Of a stretch of DNA of 64,000 nucleotides, positions 62,501 to 64,000 are shown piece by piece. The position numbers and the translations under genes were made by a program. The stretch spans positions 71,092,831-71,156,830 of the forward strand of contig NC_057719.1 in assembly GCF_004010195.1 (NCBI RefSeq), written 5' to 3'. Position 1 is the first letter of the stretch. The number at the start of each line of letters is the position of its first letter. The notes beneath the pieces were generated by a model. The model was not told the DNA's origin. It did no database searches and saw nothing but the letters and a program-made list of their open reading frames with translations. Source of the stretch: Chiloscyllium plagiosum (lineage: Eukaryota).

Positions 62501-62708
62501 AATTGTATTTGCAAAAACATTTTGTACACTCTGTGACAGGATACAGGGTTGTTATCCAGACACAATACGACAGAAAATGTACAGATTATTTGCATTTTAA
62601 GAATGTTTACAAATACTTGCACTACATTGATAAAAAGTCTTTGATATTTTGATGCCAAAATTGATACTAAAATCAAGACTACATATTTCCTTGGGATATT
62701 TCTGGATT

Positions 62709-62898
62709 TTAAAAATGTGTTGCTGGAAAAGCGCAGCAGGTCAGGCAGCATCAAAGGAACAGGAGAATCGACGTTTCGGGCATAAGCCCTTCTTCACATC
62801 GATTCTCCTGTTCCTTGGATGCCGACTGACCTGCTGCGCTTTTCCAGCAACACACTTTTAAGCTCTGATCTCCAGCATCTGCAGTCCTCACTTTCTCC
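62709..62898. mobile_element. Family-A hairpin unit with a hammerhead core
   Basis: ~60-bp inverted arms around minus-strand (G)UGAAGA-A-GGGC-UUAU-GCCC-GAAAC-GUC/GAUU; TSD atatttctg at 62696-62704 and 62899-62907. Confidence 0.85.
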
Positions 62899-62994
62899 AT
62901 ATTTCTGCATTTGTCCTGGAAAATGAATTGATCAGAGTGGACTGAATTCCCATCAGTTCCAGGTTATCCCTCCTCCACCTACCCTTAGAATACA

Positions 62995-63230
62995 CTGTCA
63001 GGAAGCACTTTTTCACACAAAGGAACTCTCTTCTCCCAAAAGCTGTTGAGGCCAAATTGATTGAAAACTTAAAAACCACCATTCCATCATGTTGTTTAGA
63101 CAAGGATATTAAGGTTTATTGAGTGAAGCTCAGTAAAGTGGAATGAAGATACGTAACAGTCATGAGCTCTTTTCGTAGAGGAACAGGCTCGAGGGCCTGA
63201 ATAACTTATTCGTCTTCTTATGTTTCTTTA
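62995..63230 (+). mobile_element. Old CR1 3' end
   Basis: ttttcacacaaagg...aacaggctcgagggcctgaata...ttcttatgtttctt. Confidence 0.6.
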
Positions 63231-64000
63231 GATGGCCACTGAGTTGACGAGGAGACTTCAGGGCCAATGATTGTCTACTCTTGGAGTTCTCACTTTGCTG
63301 CCTCAGTGGGACCCAGTTTATTACTAGCTGTCAGCCTACTGACAAAGATAAGTTAGGTCAGCCTCCAGACAGGAACAAGTGTTACCTGGCAGTAGGGCCC
63401 ATGTGAAGAGAGGGTTGGAGACCCTAGTGATGGTGAGGAATTTCCCTACTGCAAGTAGACAGCCTGGATTCAGAGATGTGCCTCTCAGTTCTATGCAGAT
63501 TAAATGCTTGCCAACAGGGTCAGTACTAAGGTCACAAAGAGGTATTATTCCAGTATAACCATTATGAAATAGCATCAAGAAATGACTTCAACTTTGTCAA
63601 CTTTGAATAGATCGTAACTACTTTCAGGTTTGTTCGATCAAAATGTTTGTAAACATTCTGAATAGTAAATGCTTCTTTGTCCATCTTCAAATAGAAATTA
63701 CAACTTCCAGTTAAAAAAACTGTATCATAAGTTTCAATCCTTAACATACTTAAAGTTGAAATCTAAATGAAAGATTATTTTAAAGGAACAATTCAAAATA
63801 AAACAAAGTATACTTGAGGTGCATTTGTCTAGGTATGTGCTGCAACTGGTCAGTGCCAAATAATTTTCAGTTGTAGATGATAGTAGTACACGTAATTAAA
63901 TATATACTTTTTTCAGTGTCCTACAGACCAGCCCAAAGTATTTGCAGACAAGGCATACAAAACATTATTTAAATATATTGTCAAAATATAACTCCTTTGT

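Overview
This is repeat-dominated vertebrate genomic DNA, very likely from a shark or ray (inferred from HE1-type V-SINEs and their HER1/CR1 partner LINEs). I found no intact host protein-coding gene; every recognisable ORF comes from a transposon. The window holds many CR1 LINE fragments (one ~4 kb near-full-length copy with esterase ORF1, endonuclease and RT), 7 HE1-type SINE copies or fragments, a second tRNA-headed SINE, and a young L1/Tx1 fragment. It also holds Gypsy pol fossils, several TG...CA solo LTRs, a PIF/Harbinger transposase fossil, a Tigger4/Zombi-like MITE, and many Penelope-like (GIY-YIG) elements with short derivatives. The most notable signal is that at least four unrelated short-repeat families carry a minimal type-I hammerhead ribozyme core (CUGANGA-stem II-GAAA-palindrome-NUH) with family-specific compensatory stems. 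These occur as solo units with target-site duplications (TSDs), tandem pairs or inverted hairpins. Also seen are a local ~165-bp inverted duplication and a candidate NF-Y/RFX promoter with a downstream splice donor. There are two assembly gaps. Boundaries were read by eye and are approximate unless a TSD or terminus is given.
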